Shown: positions 12,445 to 25,362, numbered from the stretch's first letter. The stretch: 64,000 nucleotides of DNA from Paraspadella gotoi (GCA_051294375.1 CM119264.1:20998645-21062644), one strand, 5' to 3'. The notes: a model not told the origin generated them from the letters alone. Made by a program: numbers and translations.

Positions 12445-13173
12445 TATCCGAAGAAGTAACAAAATGACCCTCACAGATGTTGACGGTTTCACGTCGTGAG
12501 AGATAGTTTGAGGAAGGGGGAGACAGATGCAGACAGATGCAAATGAGTTGTCGAGATCGGAGAAGCGACTTTGGATTTGCATCGAGAAACGATTATAATG
12601 AAGAGCGAAAAAACAATTCATTCAATTTCCAAGGTTGATTACGTTTTCGCTTTTTTTAATTCAATTTTTTTTCACGGAAGCAGAGAAAACTCAATCGGAA
12701 ATAAATAGGGGTGGAACTCAGAAGATAGATTATTGCGGTAAACAAAAGTATCGGACGGATGCTAAGCGATAAAAACAAAATACCTGTAAACATCGTAGGC
12801 ACGACGGAAAACAAAAAAACAATAACTTTAAAAAAGCAATGTTTCGGCAAAAAAAAAAAAAAAACATTTCAAAACAGATGCGACGAAGAAAAGCTATTGT
12901 CCAGGTTACATAAGTCATTGTCGCATTGTTGTCTTCTTTGTCATCATGGCCGCTTTCTTTTTCATCCTTTTTTTGTTAAAAAAACGGCAAGTCATAAATG
13001 ATGAGAGTTTGTGGAACTGTGCAGAGGCGAGGAAAACATGGCCAACAGTTCAGATAAGCCAGAAATACCAAACAAATTCGAATAATAAATTAAAAAATGA
13101 AAAAATAATAATATTAATAATAATAATAATGAGGCGTCACTTGTTCTTATATTCGAGGATCGAAAACGGGTGG

Positions 13174-13295
13174 TGTTGGAATACATTTGACATTATGATT
13201 AAATTTAGTCACTTGTTTTCTCTATAACAGTCGCGACGCCATATTTCTATATTACTTACTAATTTTATGTGCTGCCATCTTGAAATGAGTTTTTT
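13174..13295. repeat. LTR-like terminus, copy 1 (starts TGTTGG)
   Basis: About 120 bp nearly identical to 17351-17472. TGTT start is typical of BEL/Pao LTRs. Fused directly to the Pao pol fragment. Confidence 0.65.
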
Positions 13296-14340
13296 GGCAA
13301 TATGATAGGGTGGCGAGCAGCATAACTTTCATTTGCTCTATGGAGCCTACCTCCTACTCGTAGGACACCTTCTTGGTCGACAAATGAATCAAGATCACGG
13401 ATTTTTAAAGTCTTACCGCGCAATTCTGCACGCCTGGAAGGATCACGAAAAGCTTTGTTTGTCAAAAAATCAATTTCTTAATGAAAGGGTTTTGATTGGA
13501 TCATTTTTACCAATTCCTTTTCAGCACTGACATAGTCAGATCCAGCAACATGATTTTTTGCTATTTTTTTATCTCTTTTAGACATAATATATTTCGTGAA
13601 ACGTTTATAAACTAAAATTCGAAATATCAGTTCGGACCAACTTGAACAATTTTTTGAAATATTATCTCGAAACTCGTTTTTTGCAAAAGAATCATATTGA
13701 ATGGGCATTAACCTCAAGAGCAGGAATTTCATGGTCACATTCTTTGCCATCACCAGATGACCAGTTTGATTGGTCAAGCCACAAAAAGGAAGGGCCTTAG
13801 TGGAAGAATTTCCATGAATCTTTGTCTCCAGCCTCTATCCCTGAGGAACAGAGATCAGCTGGATTCACATCAGTAGGCACGTAGTTCCAATGCACTTCCT
13901 GTGTGATCTCATGAATTTTTGAAAGACGGTTAGAAAAATATGCCTTAAATCGAGTTTTCCTGTTTCGAATTTGCTTCAATACACACATGGCATCTACCCA
14001 GAAGTACACACTGTCGATCTTTTCCCGCATTTCTTGATTTAAGAATCTATAGATTTCAGTAGAGACTACAGCAGCTGTAAGTTCCAACCTTGTCCCAATA
14101 TTTGTTTTTTCAACAGGGGCTACTCTTGATTTAGCAATCAAGATAAGCAACGCTTCCATAGGAATGTTGGGAAGCATCTGCAAATATGTGTAACTGGGTC
14201 GAGGTCGGAACACCAATCTCAGGAGATTTGGTCCATCTAGGAATTGTTATTTCCTCAAGACCAGGGAGAGAAGATCGTCAATTTTGGAAAGAATTCAAAC
14301 TGTCATCAGAGATTTTGTCATCCCCAAGAAATTTTAAACT
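13290..14340 (-). pseudogene. BEL/Pao LTR-retrotransposon pol remnant (RT C-terminus/RNase H and downstream region)
   Basis: Minus-strand motifs [100 protein letters not shown], with several frameshifts. Confidence 0.93.
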
Positions 14341-15177
14341 TTTATTGTTTTTAAAACAGATTCAAATCTAAAAAAATATTTCATAAAAAAATTCAAGTAA
14401 AAATTTTGAATCTACTTGGTCTTGCCTTTTATTAGATAGCTAGATTGCATATATTATTGATCAAGTAATGTTTTATGAATATGTATCAAACATAAAAAAC
14501 TAAGGGGAAAAATATTATATTTAATTAGTATAGCATTAGTATAGATTTATAAATGGCCAAGATAAATAAGAAGTATATGTAAAAATTCATGCTGGAAATA
14601 GTTAAGTAAACAAAACTTTTCTTCCTTCTGTTTAGATATTTTGATTCTTTGGTGGGGAATTTAGTGATGACCCTGAACGAGAGTGGTGTTGTTTGTAAGA
14701 AAGTAAATTAGGATCCGGTAGAAGGCTTGCTGCATCGTCTAATTGATGCATCATTTTTTATTTTATTGCAAGTCTAAACTAGTGTTAAACTTATAATAAA
14801 ACTTATTAACTACAGTTCAAGTTTATTATGCTATAGTTTAAACAGAATGATTGATTAGTTCAGAACAAATCAATCAAAGCCTTCTTTCTTAAGTCAAACA
14901 CAAAAAAAAGAAAAAAATTGAGGAAAAAACTGTATGAACCTAGTTTGATTGAATCTTAATATAAAAGAAATATAATAATTATGAGTAAATGAAAAAAAAA
15001 ACTGGCAGGTTTAGTCTTATGTCGTATTTTAAGAAAGAATTTCCAAAGTACAATAGAAACTTATGAAGCAAATTATGTACAATGAACATTTAATTGGTGG
15101 TTCACTTATTTATAAAGGTTTGATGTAAAAAAAACAAAAGTTTTAATCAGCATTAACAACGATTTTATTAATAATAA

Positions 15178-15215
15178 AGGTTTCGACTCTAGCTTTTATG
15201 AGTCTTCTTCAGCGG
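15178..15215 (-). ncRNA. Degenerate hammerhead (helix III and cleavage site deleted)
   Basis: Minus strand reads CCG-CTGAAGA-AGACTC-ATAAAAGCTA-GAGTC-GAAAC, then lacks the ATATCTGAC segment seen in the other arm. Confidence 0.6.
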
Positions 15216-15767
15216 TTTGACTCAACAGATTTCGGTTTCACAACGATTCCCTTCCAACAAAGAATTGAAGAAAAGATAGTGGTAAGAAATAAGGATAGGT
15301 TGAGGTGAGAGTAGGGAAGGAGAGAGAGTGAATAAATTTGAAACTAGTAAAAGAGAAAGAGAGAGAGAGAAAGTGATAGGGAAAAATCATTATCTTAAGC
15401 AATATACAACAAAGATAGATTTAAATTAAGCAAACTTAATTTTAAACTAAAGAAATAATAATAATAAAGGTGAATAAGTTAGATAATGAGATATAAGTAA
15501 AAATGAAATAGAATAGTGGTTAGAAATGGATAAGATAAGAATAAGTGAAAATAAGTAAAGAAAAAAGCTCAAAATTTCCAAATGTAGTGATTTTTCCCTC
15601 TCTTTCTTACCAGTTTCAAATTTATTCACTCTCTCTCCTTCCCAATCCTCACCTTCACTTGTCCTCCCATCTATCTTTTTCTTAATTCTTTTTTGGAAAC
15701 TTTCTTTCTCTCTCTCTCTCTCTCTCACCAACTCAATGTTTGTGAAACCGAAATCTGTTGAGTCAAA

Positions 15768-15810
15768 CCGCTGATGAATACTCGAAAAAGTAAGAGTCAA
15801 AACATATCTG
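15768..15810 (+). ncRNA. Degenerate hammerhead (GAAA mutated to AAAA)
   Basis: CCG-CTGATGA-ATACTC-GAAAAAGTAA-GAGTC-AAAA-CATATC-TG. Confidence 0.6.
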
Positions 15811-17350
15811 ACCTTTATTGTTGATAAAATCGTTATTATTGCTAATTAATACTTTTTTCTATTAAATAAAAACATATAATGAAAAAAAGATTTAACACAA
15901 AGTTTTGAAAATATTAACCTTGTATGCATTTAATAGTACCTCACCACTTTCCAAATTATTGACTATTTTATATTTTAAGTTAAAAGTTAGTCATATGATT
16001 GAATTTTTATATAATCACCTGCCAGCACAGCTATAACATCTCAAAATATATATTATCCAACATTCCTACCAAATATTATTTAAAATTATGTAGCATAAAA
16101 CGAGTTATGAACATTAAAAATTTAAGTCAGATAGACTGACAGACCAACAAACCTACCCACCAACTTAGAGAATAATGATTTGAAATTGCTCGCCAAGCAC
16201 TCGCACCCAGCTAAAAAGTTACTGATAACTTTATCTAATAACTAATATCTAATAACTTTAAAATAAATATTTTAAATTCCATTTCTCAAGCTTCAATTTT
16301 TGGCAAAAATAAGGAATTAAGGATTGACTCTATTACTTGGAAGCTTTGGAGATCAAGTTTTTAGGGTTTAGACAGTTCTAATGTCTTTTAAAGACCAAAA
16401 AGAACCTATTAAAATGAGTCGTGAAATTTCATATTGTTTATGTAACAATTTTTAGTAAGTCTATTGATTAAGATTAATGCCCAAATGAATTTTATATTAC
16501 AGAACTCTTAATGATAAAAAGTGATCAATTTTGGCCCGCCTTAATAACTACAGGTTGAAAAATTGGGGAAAACGGTAATTTAAGTATGAAATATTCAGAG
16601 TTAAAAATACAACTGTCACAGTAAATATGAAGGCGTACAAAGTTATATTAATCCAAATCTAAATCACTATTTTAAATATTATTTTTTGCTAAGGTTTTGG
16701 AAAGTAAAATTGATCTGTTTTTGTGCATTCTTTCTTAACATGTCGTAACTTAGTCATGCACGTCTTGACTCTTATTTCTCCCCTGACTCCGTTTCACTCA
16801 ATCATCACCATCCATCATTTTCAATTTATCTTTTAAATCGACGCCTCGACACAACTTTCCTTTCTACTCTCCCCATCTCACGTGACTGTCTCATGCAAGT
16901 TTCCTCCTAACTTCCAATCCTTTTCCATTTACCTCGCACTTTGTACCCCCTCACTCCCTCACCCCCTTTACCACCATCGCCTTTTCGCCGCCAAGGAAGC
17001 GAGCGTGAGATATGACGGGGGTTTTATGGTGGCCCATAATGTTTGGCAGTTACTACGCGATAAAAATGCGATCGTGGCGGCGAAAGTTCCACCGGCACCC
17101 GACGGCATCTGACGGCATCAATGAGAATCGGCGACGTTCTGAGACGCAGATGCGAAATGATTACGATCCAAAAATATTTATTTTCATTCATTAATAATTA
17201 TATTTCTGTTTTCGTTTTTATGATGACGAAAAAAAAACTTTTTTTTCCATGTCGACGACGACTATTCATCAAGTCGCTGAACGAGCTGCGTCTCAAGCAG
17301 CCGACGTCCTATCGACGCAACATCTGCGCGCAATGCTGTCGGTCGCCACC

Positions 17351-17590
17351 TGTTGGAATACTTTTGACATTATGATTAAATTTAGTAGTCACTTGTTTCT
17401 CTATAACAGTCGCGACGCCATATTTCTATATTACTTACTAATTTATGTGCTGCCATCTTGAAATGAGTTTTTGTAAATATTTGTAAGAAACAAAAGTCAC
17501 ATCCCTATATAAAAGGCAGCTTCACTTGTTTGAGTCACTGAGGTTTGATATCTCCTGGCTCAAAGGATGTAAGTATTTTGTCTTATAAAA
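17351..17590 (+). repeat. LTR-like sequence, copy 2, truncated by a HINE
   Basis: TGTTGGAATA start; homologous to 13174-13295; continues with a TATATAAAAGG box (~17506) and GTAAGT. Orientation is inferred from the TATA box only. Confidence 0.6.
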
Positions 17591-17597
17591 AATGATT

Positions 17598-18447
17598 ATT
17601 ATCGAGCCTACCGGCAAAGCCGGTTCAGGCTTGATATTGATTTGGGTCAGCTTCTTTGTGACGTCGTCGTCGTCGTCGTCGTCGTCGTCGGCGTCACGCT
17701 GTTTTTATATAAAAACTACTACGCTTTTATAGGTTTGGCTGTGACTTACCGTTTTTTTTTAAATAAAAATTATTATGAATTATGATAAAGTTTTACAAAA
17801 TTTACAAAATTTACACACAAAATTTGAACTCAATCTATCCATCCAATTATTATTAATTAAAGTATTTATTGGTTAAAATAAGTAAAAAGATTTTAGTAAA
17901 TGCGATTTAGGTTTTTTTCATTTAAACTCATATCCACTCACACGATTCCGTCGAAACTTTATATCTAGCTTCATCACACATGTTCCTACCCATACACAAA
18001 ATTTCATTCCGATCCAACCAGACAATCACGAGTTATTGGGGTTTTTTGCTAAGGTGGGACAGATGGACGGATTGATTGACTGGAAGTGTGTGATTGAGCT
18101 GGATATAAAGTTCGATGGAAACGTTCCGAGTGGAAATGAGTTTAAATGGAAAAAACAAAAAAAATATAATTCACTATTTGAACACCAATTGCTCATGAGT
18201 GGATTGGGGCGATTGACCTGGAATTTTGTATGTGAGTAGGAAAGTGTGTGATTGAACAGGAACCAAGTTTCGATGGAATCGTTTGAGCGGAAATGAGTTT
18301 AAATGGAAAAAACAAAAAAACTGTTCACTAATTGATTATGATTTTTTTTCCTTTTATATTAAATGTATATGCGGGATTGTATTAATAAATTCAAATAATT
18401 AATCAGTTTATTAATCAATTAGTCAATTCAATCACTAATTAATTAAT
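17598..18447. mobile_element. Composite HINE array: family B 5' end plus inverted and direct family A body segments
   Basis: ATCGAGCCTACCGGCAAAGCCGGTTCAGGCTTGAT hairpin plus (GTC)n matches 25170-25360. 17915-18070 is the reverse complement of 22070-22230. 18083-18447 is a direct match to 22158-22479. Confidence 0.65.
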
Positions 18448-19412
18448 NNNNNNNNNNNNNNNNNNNNNNNNNNNNNNNNNNNNNNNNNNNNNNNNNNNNN
18501 NNNNNNNNNNNNNNNNNNNNNNNNNNNNNNNNNNNNNNNNNNNNNNNNNNNNNNNNNNNNNNNNNNNNNNNNNNNNNNNNNNNNNNNNNNNNNNNNNNNN
18601 NNNNNNNNNNNNNNNNNNNNNNNNNNNNNNNNNNNNNNNNNNNNNNNNNNNNNNNNNNNNNNNNNNNNNNNNNNNNNNNNNNNNNNNNNNNNNNNNNNNN
18701 NNNNNNNNNNNNNNNNNNNNNNNNNNNNNNNNNNNNNNNNNNNNNNNNNNNNNNNNNNNNNNNNNNNNNNNNNNNNNNNNNNNNNNNNNNNNNNNNNNNN
18801 NNNNNNNNNNNNNNNNNNNNNNNNNNNNNNNNNNNNNNNNNNNNNNNNNNNNNNNNNNNNNNNNNNNNNNNNNNNNNNNNNNNNNNNNNNNNNNNNNNNN
18901 NNNNNNNNNNNNNNNNNNNNNNNNNNNNNNNNNNNNNNNNNNNNNNNNNNNNNNNNNNNNNNNNNNNNNNNNNNNNNNNNNNNNNNNNNNNNNNNNNNNN
19001 NNNNNNNNNNNNNNNNNNNNNNNNNNNNNNNNNNNNNNNNNNNNNNNNNNNNNNNNNNNNNNNNNNNNNNNNNNNNNNNNNNNNNNNNNNNNNNNNNNNN
19101 NNNNNNNNNNNNNNNNNNNNNNNNNNNNNNNNNNNNNNNNNNNNNNNNNNNNNNNNNNNNNNNNNNNNNNNNNNNNNNNNNNNNNNNNNNNNNNNNNNNN
19201 NNNNNNNNNNNNNNNNNNNNNNNNNNNNNNNNNNNNNNNNNNNNNNNNNNNNNNNNNNNNNNNNNNNNNNNNNNNNNNNNNNNNNNNNNNNNNNNNNNNN
19301 NNNNNNNNNNNNNNNNNNNNNNNNNNNNNNNNNNNNNNNNNNNNNNNNNNNNNNNNNNNNNNNNNNNNNNNNNNNNNNNNNNNNNNNNNNNNNNNNNNNN
19401 NNNNNNNNNNNN

Positions 19413-21439
19413 ATTTATAGTAATACGATAAACTTTAAATGCTTCTATGTTAATAACTAAATATAAAATCATCCCACTTGGATGCTCTAACGTTATTTAT
19501 ATTACAGAACTCTTAGTTTTTACTTTGTTCCGCCTTGGTTATATTAGTCATCACGAACTCAAACCGCAGTGGACACGAACGAATGCAAATGCGCTTAACT
19601 GCATCGTGAGCCGCTCGGCCTGCATTTCGAGAAGAACCTTTCGACGACGCTGNNNNNNNNNNNNNNNNNNNNNNNNNNNNNNNNNNNNNNNNNNNNNNNN
19701 NNNNNNNNNNNNNNNNNNNNNNNNNNNNNNNNNNNNNNNNNNNNNNNNNNNNNNNNNNNNNNNNNNNNNNNNNNNNNNNNNNNNNNNNNNNNNNNNNNNN
19801 NNNNNNNNNNNNNNNNNNNNNNNNNNNNNNNNNNNNNNNNNNNNNNNNNNNNNNNNNNNNNNNNNNNNNNNNNNNNNNNNNNNNNNNNNNNNNNNNNNNN
19901 NNNNNNNNNNNNNNNNNNNNNNNNNNNNNNNNNNNGGGACCGTCTGGCCCGGCGCATTCCAACGAGTCTGCCCTCTCGCCCGCCGACGTTCGGTTCGGCT
20001 GTTGATGGAGCGATTGTCTTTTCCTCGCGAGAAAAGAAAAGTTGGAAATGAGTAGTCGGCTGCGACATCCTCAGCGGCGGCTGCTGCGGCTGTAGCGGGG
20101 TCTTTGACACAGATATTTCTTAAAAAAAGAACTTTCTTTTTTTTAGTTTTTATCCCATTTTTTCTTATGCATATAATATGTGTGTGTTGTTATTCACTTG
20201 TAGATAAGGCGCTAAGTGGGCTGAAGATGACTATCCGTAACTTCTATAACCCCCTTTAGTAGCCATGGAACGGATCCTGGGCTTGGAACCACGCTTGAGG
20301 GTTTGCCACGCCCCTAAGGCGGCTTACAGAAGTCCTCACGCTTCCCGCAGGGTAGGTACCGGGTTCAATCCCAACCCTAGTACCTAGTGGTCATGAGCTG
20401 ATGGATTTACTCAATGAGCCTGGGGGTGGCAAACCTTCAAGCCTGGTTCCAAGCCCAGGATTCGTTCCATGGCTACTAAAGGGGTTATAGAAGTTACGGA
20501 TAGTTATCTTCAGCCCACTTAGCGCCTTATATACACTGGTGAGCCCATTCCTGTCGAGCGTATTCAACCTTTCTGATTCCAGGGCCCAATGGACGTGCTG
20601 AAGATTGCTTCCCCTCCCTCCATGGAAGCAGTGCAGGGTGAGGTTTACAATGCTGGGTGCTTGCAGTTGTAGATCGGGCATTGGAGCTAGGTTCACCCCG
20701 CCTTAATAAGCCATGACACCTTCAGTCCTGACCCGTGGCTCATTGAGTAAATTCCATCAGCTCAGACCAACCTAGTACTAGGGGTTGGGGATTGAACCCA
20801 ATGTTGGTATCCTACCCTGCGGGAAGCGTGAGGACTTCTAGATAAGGCCGCCTTAGGGGCGTGGCCAAAACCCTCAAGCGTGGTCGTTCAAGCCCAGGAT
20901 CTCGTTTCCATGGCTACTAAAGGGGGTTATAGAAGTTACCGGATAGTCATCTTCAGCCACTAGCGCCTTATCTACGCCCAGCTGAATAACAACACACACA
21001 TATTATATGCATAAGAAAAATGGGTATAAAAACTAAAAAAAAGAAAGTTCATTTTTAAGAAATATCTGTGTCAAGACCCGCTACAGCCGCAGCAGCCGCG
21101 CGCGCTGAGGATGTCGCAGCCGAATACTCATTTCCAACTTTTCTTTTCTCGCGAGGAAAAGACCATCGCCTCCATCAACAGCCGAACCGAAGTCGGCGGG
21201 CGCGAGAGGGCAGACTCGTTGGAATGCGCCCGGGCCAGACGGTCCACGTCAATTTATTCCCTTTGCAAGCGACATAGGAGAGAGAAGAGAGAGAGAGGAG
21301 AGATGCAGAGAGAGAGAGAAGAGAGAGAGATGAAGAGTACTTCACGTTAACAGTTAGCAATTCAGGATGCCTTGCAAATGCAGCATGTAATCGTGATTGT
21401 AGAGTAAAAAATAAGCCCGGCTCGGGTGTCAAACGATAT

Positions 21440-21508
<69 letters not shown>

Positions 21509-21757
21509 ATTCGACGGGTCAGCGTCGTCGAAAGGTTCTTCTCGAATGCAGGCCGAGCGGCTCACGATGCAGTTAAGCGCATTTGCATTCGTTCGTGTCC
21601 ACTGCGGTTTGAGTTCGTGATGACTAATATAACCAAGGCGGAACAAAGTAAAAACTAAGAGTTCTGTAATATAAATAACGTTAGAGCATCCAAGTGGGAT
21701 GATTTATATTTAGTTATTCAACATAGAGCATTTAAAGTTTATCGTATTACTATAAAT
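19413..21757. repeat. Large (~1 kb arm) inverted duplication adjacent to gaps
   Basis: 19413-20420 is the reverse complement of ~20738-21757 with small indels; the left arm begins at a gap edge. Possibly an assembly artefact. Confidence 0.85.
20200..20976. mobile_element. Unclassified GC-richer interspersed repeat with a ~440-bp unit and repeated terminus
   Basis: The TAAGGCGCTAAGTGGGCTGAAGAT...GGGTTTGCCAC block occurs at 20205 (+), 20425-20530 (-) and 20858-20972 (-). A further partial copy lies at 22505-22655. Confidence 0.5.
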
Positions 21758-21809
21758 CATTAATTTTTTTTTCAAAATCATAATTTTTTAAACGGATAAA
21801 AATTCTGAA

Positions 21810-22479
21810 TTTTTAGTCGGATCTGCTTATCAGCAGATCCCGACTTTATAATTCACTTCGTCCGTCGGTCCGCCCCCTCAATATTGTCGGGCACTAACTT
21901 ATATCATGTCAAAACATCGAATTATGATAAATTATGCAAAAAAAATAATGTCCGTCCGTCCGTCCGTCCGTCCGTCCGACCGTCCGTCCGTCCGTCCGTC
22001 CGTCCGTCCGTCCGTCCGTCCGTCCGTCCGACCGTCCTCCGTCCGTCCGTCCGTCCGTCCGTCCGTCCGTCCGTCCATCCGTCCCACCTTAGCAAAAAAC
22101 ACCAATTACTCGTGATTGGATGGATGGATTTGAATGAAATTTTGTGTGTGGGTAGGGAAGTGTGTGATTGAGCTGGATATAAAGTTCGATGGAAACGTCC
22201 GAGTGGAAATGAGTTTAAATGGAAAAAACAAAAAAATATAATTCACTATTGAACACCAATTGCTCATGAGTGGATGGGGCGATTGACCTGGAATTTTGAT
22301 GTGAGTAGGAAAGTGTGTGATTGAACAGGAAACCAAGTTTCGATGAATCGTTTGAGCGGAAATGAGTTTAAAATGGAAAAAAACAAAAAACCTGTTTCAC
22401 TAATTGATTATGATTTTTTTTCCTTTTATATAAATGTATATGCGGGATGTATTAATAAATCAAATAATTAATCAGTTTA
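21810..22479 (+). mobile_element. HINE family A copy, cut by a gap
   Basis: TTTTTAGTCGGATCTGCT-TATC-AGCAGATCCCGACT hairpin, long (GTCC)n at 21950-22085, and two ~150-bp internal tandem units. Confidence 0.75.
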
Positions 22480-24739
22480 NNNNNNNNNNNNNNNNNNNNN
22501 NNNNCGGCTTACGGCCATCCTCACGCTTCCCACAGGGTAGGTACGGGTACCGGTACCTAGTGGTCATGAGCTGATGGCTTTACTCAATGAGCCACCGGGT
22601 CAGGACTGAAGGTGTCATGCTTATAGGCGGGGTGAACCTAGGCAATGCCCGACTACACACTCTTTCGCTCCTTTTTCAATTTTCTTTCCTTCCTCTCTTC
22701 GTCCAATCGCGATATAAACATCTTGAATAATAAAGAAAACCACTTTCTTTTTCTGCCGAGAAATTTCCATCTCTAAAAATAGACGGTTCGGTGCTTCCCG
22801 CATTTATTCGCTTCGCTTGGAAAAGTACATCTCGATGTCGGAACAGATTAGAATGAAAAAGGGGCGTGTCCATACATGTCCGAACATGTCGTAGCATGTT
22901 CCCCTCCGCGGCGGTGCGCTATATTCTGCGATGAAGCGAACTATTTTAAAATTCCGCGTCGTCGGGAGGAAGTCGAATATTCGAACCGCGTGGCGCGCAA
23001 GTGGGGAAAGGGGGGGAAAAGAGAACATTTTTTTTTCATATTTTCTATTTTTACCTCGAGCGGCTGAGACTCGTCGTCGGGCTTTGTCTGTTTTGTCGTT
23101 GTAGTCTGCGATGTTGTTGTTGTTGTTGGTTTTTTTGTTCGTTGAGTAGAAAGATGGGGGATCCGGAGAATCTAGAGAAATGTATGTAAACAAAAAAAGT
23201 TTTATGCGTTGTCAAATACGACCCGGAGAATCGAGATTACGAATCCACATTATGAATCGTCATCAATAAATCGTTTAGAACGATGATGATGACACCGACG
23301 ACGATCACGACGACGATTACGACTCAAGACAAGGGACGATTAGGAGAACGAAAAAGACGACGATGACCTAAAATGATACAACTACCATGTCTTTAGTAAA
23401 GAAAGAGTAACATTAGCCATAAAAGAAGAAATAATTATGCTGCCAAAATACGAAAATGAAAATGAAGAGTCGAATGTTAGGGAGATGATATCCATGATAG
23501 TAGAGGTTAACGAAAGGAAAGAAACAACAATGACTGAAAAGATTAAAAAGTAGAAAAAAAACGATATAAAAAAAAAAAAAAAACAAACTCAAAGCAACGT
23601 AGGAACAACCAGATGCCCAGCTTCTCCTCTTTTTTCGAAGTCGGGATCACGGCGAGGCTTTCTAAGATTAAAGTTGGCGAAAAAATAACGAAAAAAAACG
23701 TCAACAACCACGAAAACTATGTTGACAACGACAACGACAACGACGACTTCGCTCCACCGAGTCGACCTCGTCCGAGGGAAAACGACTCGAAACAGTCGCC
23801 ATGCGAAAGTAATGGAACGGAAAAGGGCCAACGGCGCTGACCCACCCCCCGTGCCCCCCACTTCCTTACCTCATCCCCCATACCCTTTTTTTCAAGCTTT
23901 TTCACTTCGCCTACTATCCGATCGCCTCTCACTTCTTCGAAGTCCGTCCAATATTAAACCCCCGCCCCCCAAAATCCCAATATTCTTTTTCCCCTTATGA
24001 TCCCCGTTTGACTCGTTCTCTTGCAACTGCTCCAGCGTACTATTTTCATTGCGATCCTTTCCTTTGCTCCAATTCTATCATATTCGCGAAAAATAAAGGG
24101 AAAAGAAATACATTTAACCTCAACATTTAACTTGACTTGACTAGAAAGGCATTCGTCCAACAAGGGACTATAAAAAGGGTGGGGAAAGATAGAGGGAGGG
24201 TGGGAGGGGATTTGGGAAGGGGAGGGAGAGGGGGGAGGTGACCAGGTCGGGTCTACGTCTCTACCAGCCTCGTCATCGTCACGCCACTTTAACTCCCATT
24301 TCTAAATGTCCCTCCTAAATTTCAAAGCTTTGTCTTTTTTTTCCCGATGATTGGTACTTTTCCTCGTTTTCGTTGTTTTAATTAACATTTCCTCTCATTT
24401 TTATATACCTTTCATTGTCCCCTTGATTTTCCCTCTTTCATCACGATCAGAGCCTGAACCGAAGCCCCGCTTCTACTTTCCTTTTTTTTTCACAGGTTTC
24501 GCCGTTTCTGATAATTAACGGTCGTTGGCCTCTAATGGTTGAGATTGAATTTTATTTATTTAATTCGGTTAAATTCTTATTTTTTAGGTATTCTTTGATA
24601 GTGGAGAGTGACAAAGTCATAAAAAATGTTTATCTTTTTCAGGTTAATTATAATTGTTATTTTTATCAAATATTAAAAAAAAATCTTAAAAGCATAAGGA
24701 ATCGAGCCTACNNNNNNNNNNNNNNNNNNNNNNNNNTTT

Positions 24740-24965
24740 TGATGTAACCAAATATTGATGCGATGATAACCAAATATTGATGCGATGATAACCGAAGGAT
24801 TGATGCGATGATAACCAAATGATGGATGCGATGATAGTCATTCATTGATGCGATGATAATCATTCATTGATGCGATGATAGTCCTTCATTGATCGGATGA
24901 TAATCATTCATTGATGCGATGATAGTCATTCATTGATGCGATGATAGTCATTCATTGACGTGATG
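24740..24965. repeat. 22-bp minisatellite (ATTGATGCGATGATAACCAAAT-like)
   Basis: About 10 tandem units; related arrays at 27235-27295 (reverse) and 37640-37815. Confidence 0.85.
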
Positions 24966-24969
24966 AGTT

Positions 24970-25014
<45 letters not shown>

Positions 25015-25166
25015 GATTGAGAGCGAAATATAGAGAGAATAATAAAATAATAATAAAAGTTTTTTGAAGGAAAAAAAATCTACGAAAATCTCGGAAATAA
25101 ATTTGGATTTGTATTAAGAAAAAAGTGGCGTGATAAAAATAAAATTGTTTTATTAGTTTTTATTAG

Positions 25167-25362
25167 TTTTTATCAAGCCATGACCGGCGAAGTCGGTTCA
25201 GGCTTGATATTCATTCGGGTGAGCTTCTTTGTGACGTAGTCGTCGTCGTCGTCCGTCACGCTGTTTTTTATATATAAAACTACTACGCTTTTATAGGTTT
25301 GGCTGTGACTTACCGTTTTTTTTAAATAAAAATTATTATGAATTATGATAAAGTTTTACAAA
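25167..25362 (+). mobile_element. HINE-like family B 5' end
   Basis: T-run, ATCAAGCCATGACCGGCGAAGTCGGTTCAGGCTTGAT hairpin and (GTC)n; copies at 17598, 27325-27447 (-), 30710 and 34340. Confidence 0.6.

Larger units (their letters stand above)
15135..15860. mobile_element. Third PLE pLTR-derived inverted repeat (non-coding, decayed)
   Basis: 15140-15385 is an imperfect reverse complement of 15590-15855. It contains AGCTCAAAAT and TTGGAAACTTT(CT)n motifs shared with the other PLE pLTRs, and a hammerhead relic in each arm. Confidence 0.72.

Noticed and set aside
16125-16216. Possible further HINE terminus (GACAGAC repeats...CTAAAAA)
   Set aside because: Too degenerate and has no second copy in the window.
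20320-20410. HDV-like ribozyme call
   Set aside because: An L3-like TCCTCACG loop and a P4-like hairpin are present, but no convincing P1 with a G+1 pair; kept only as a hypothesis.
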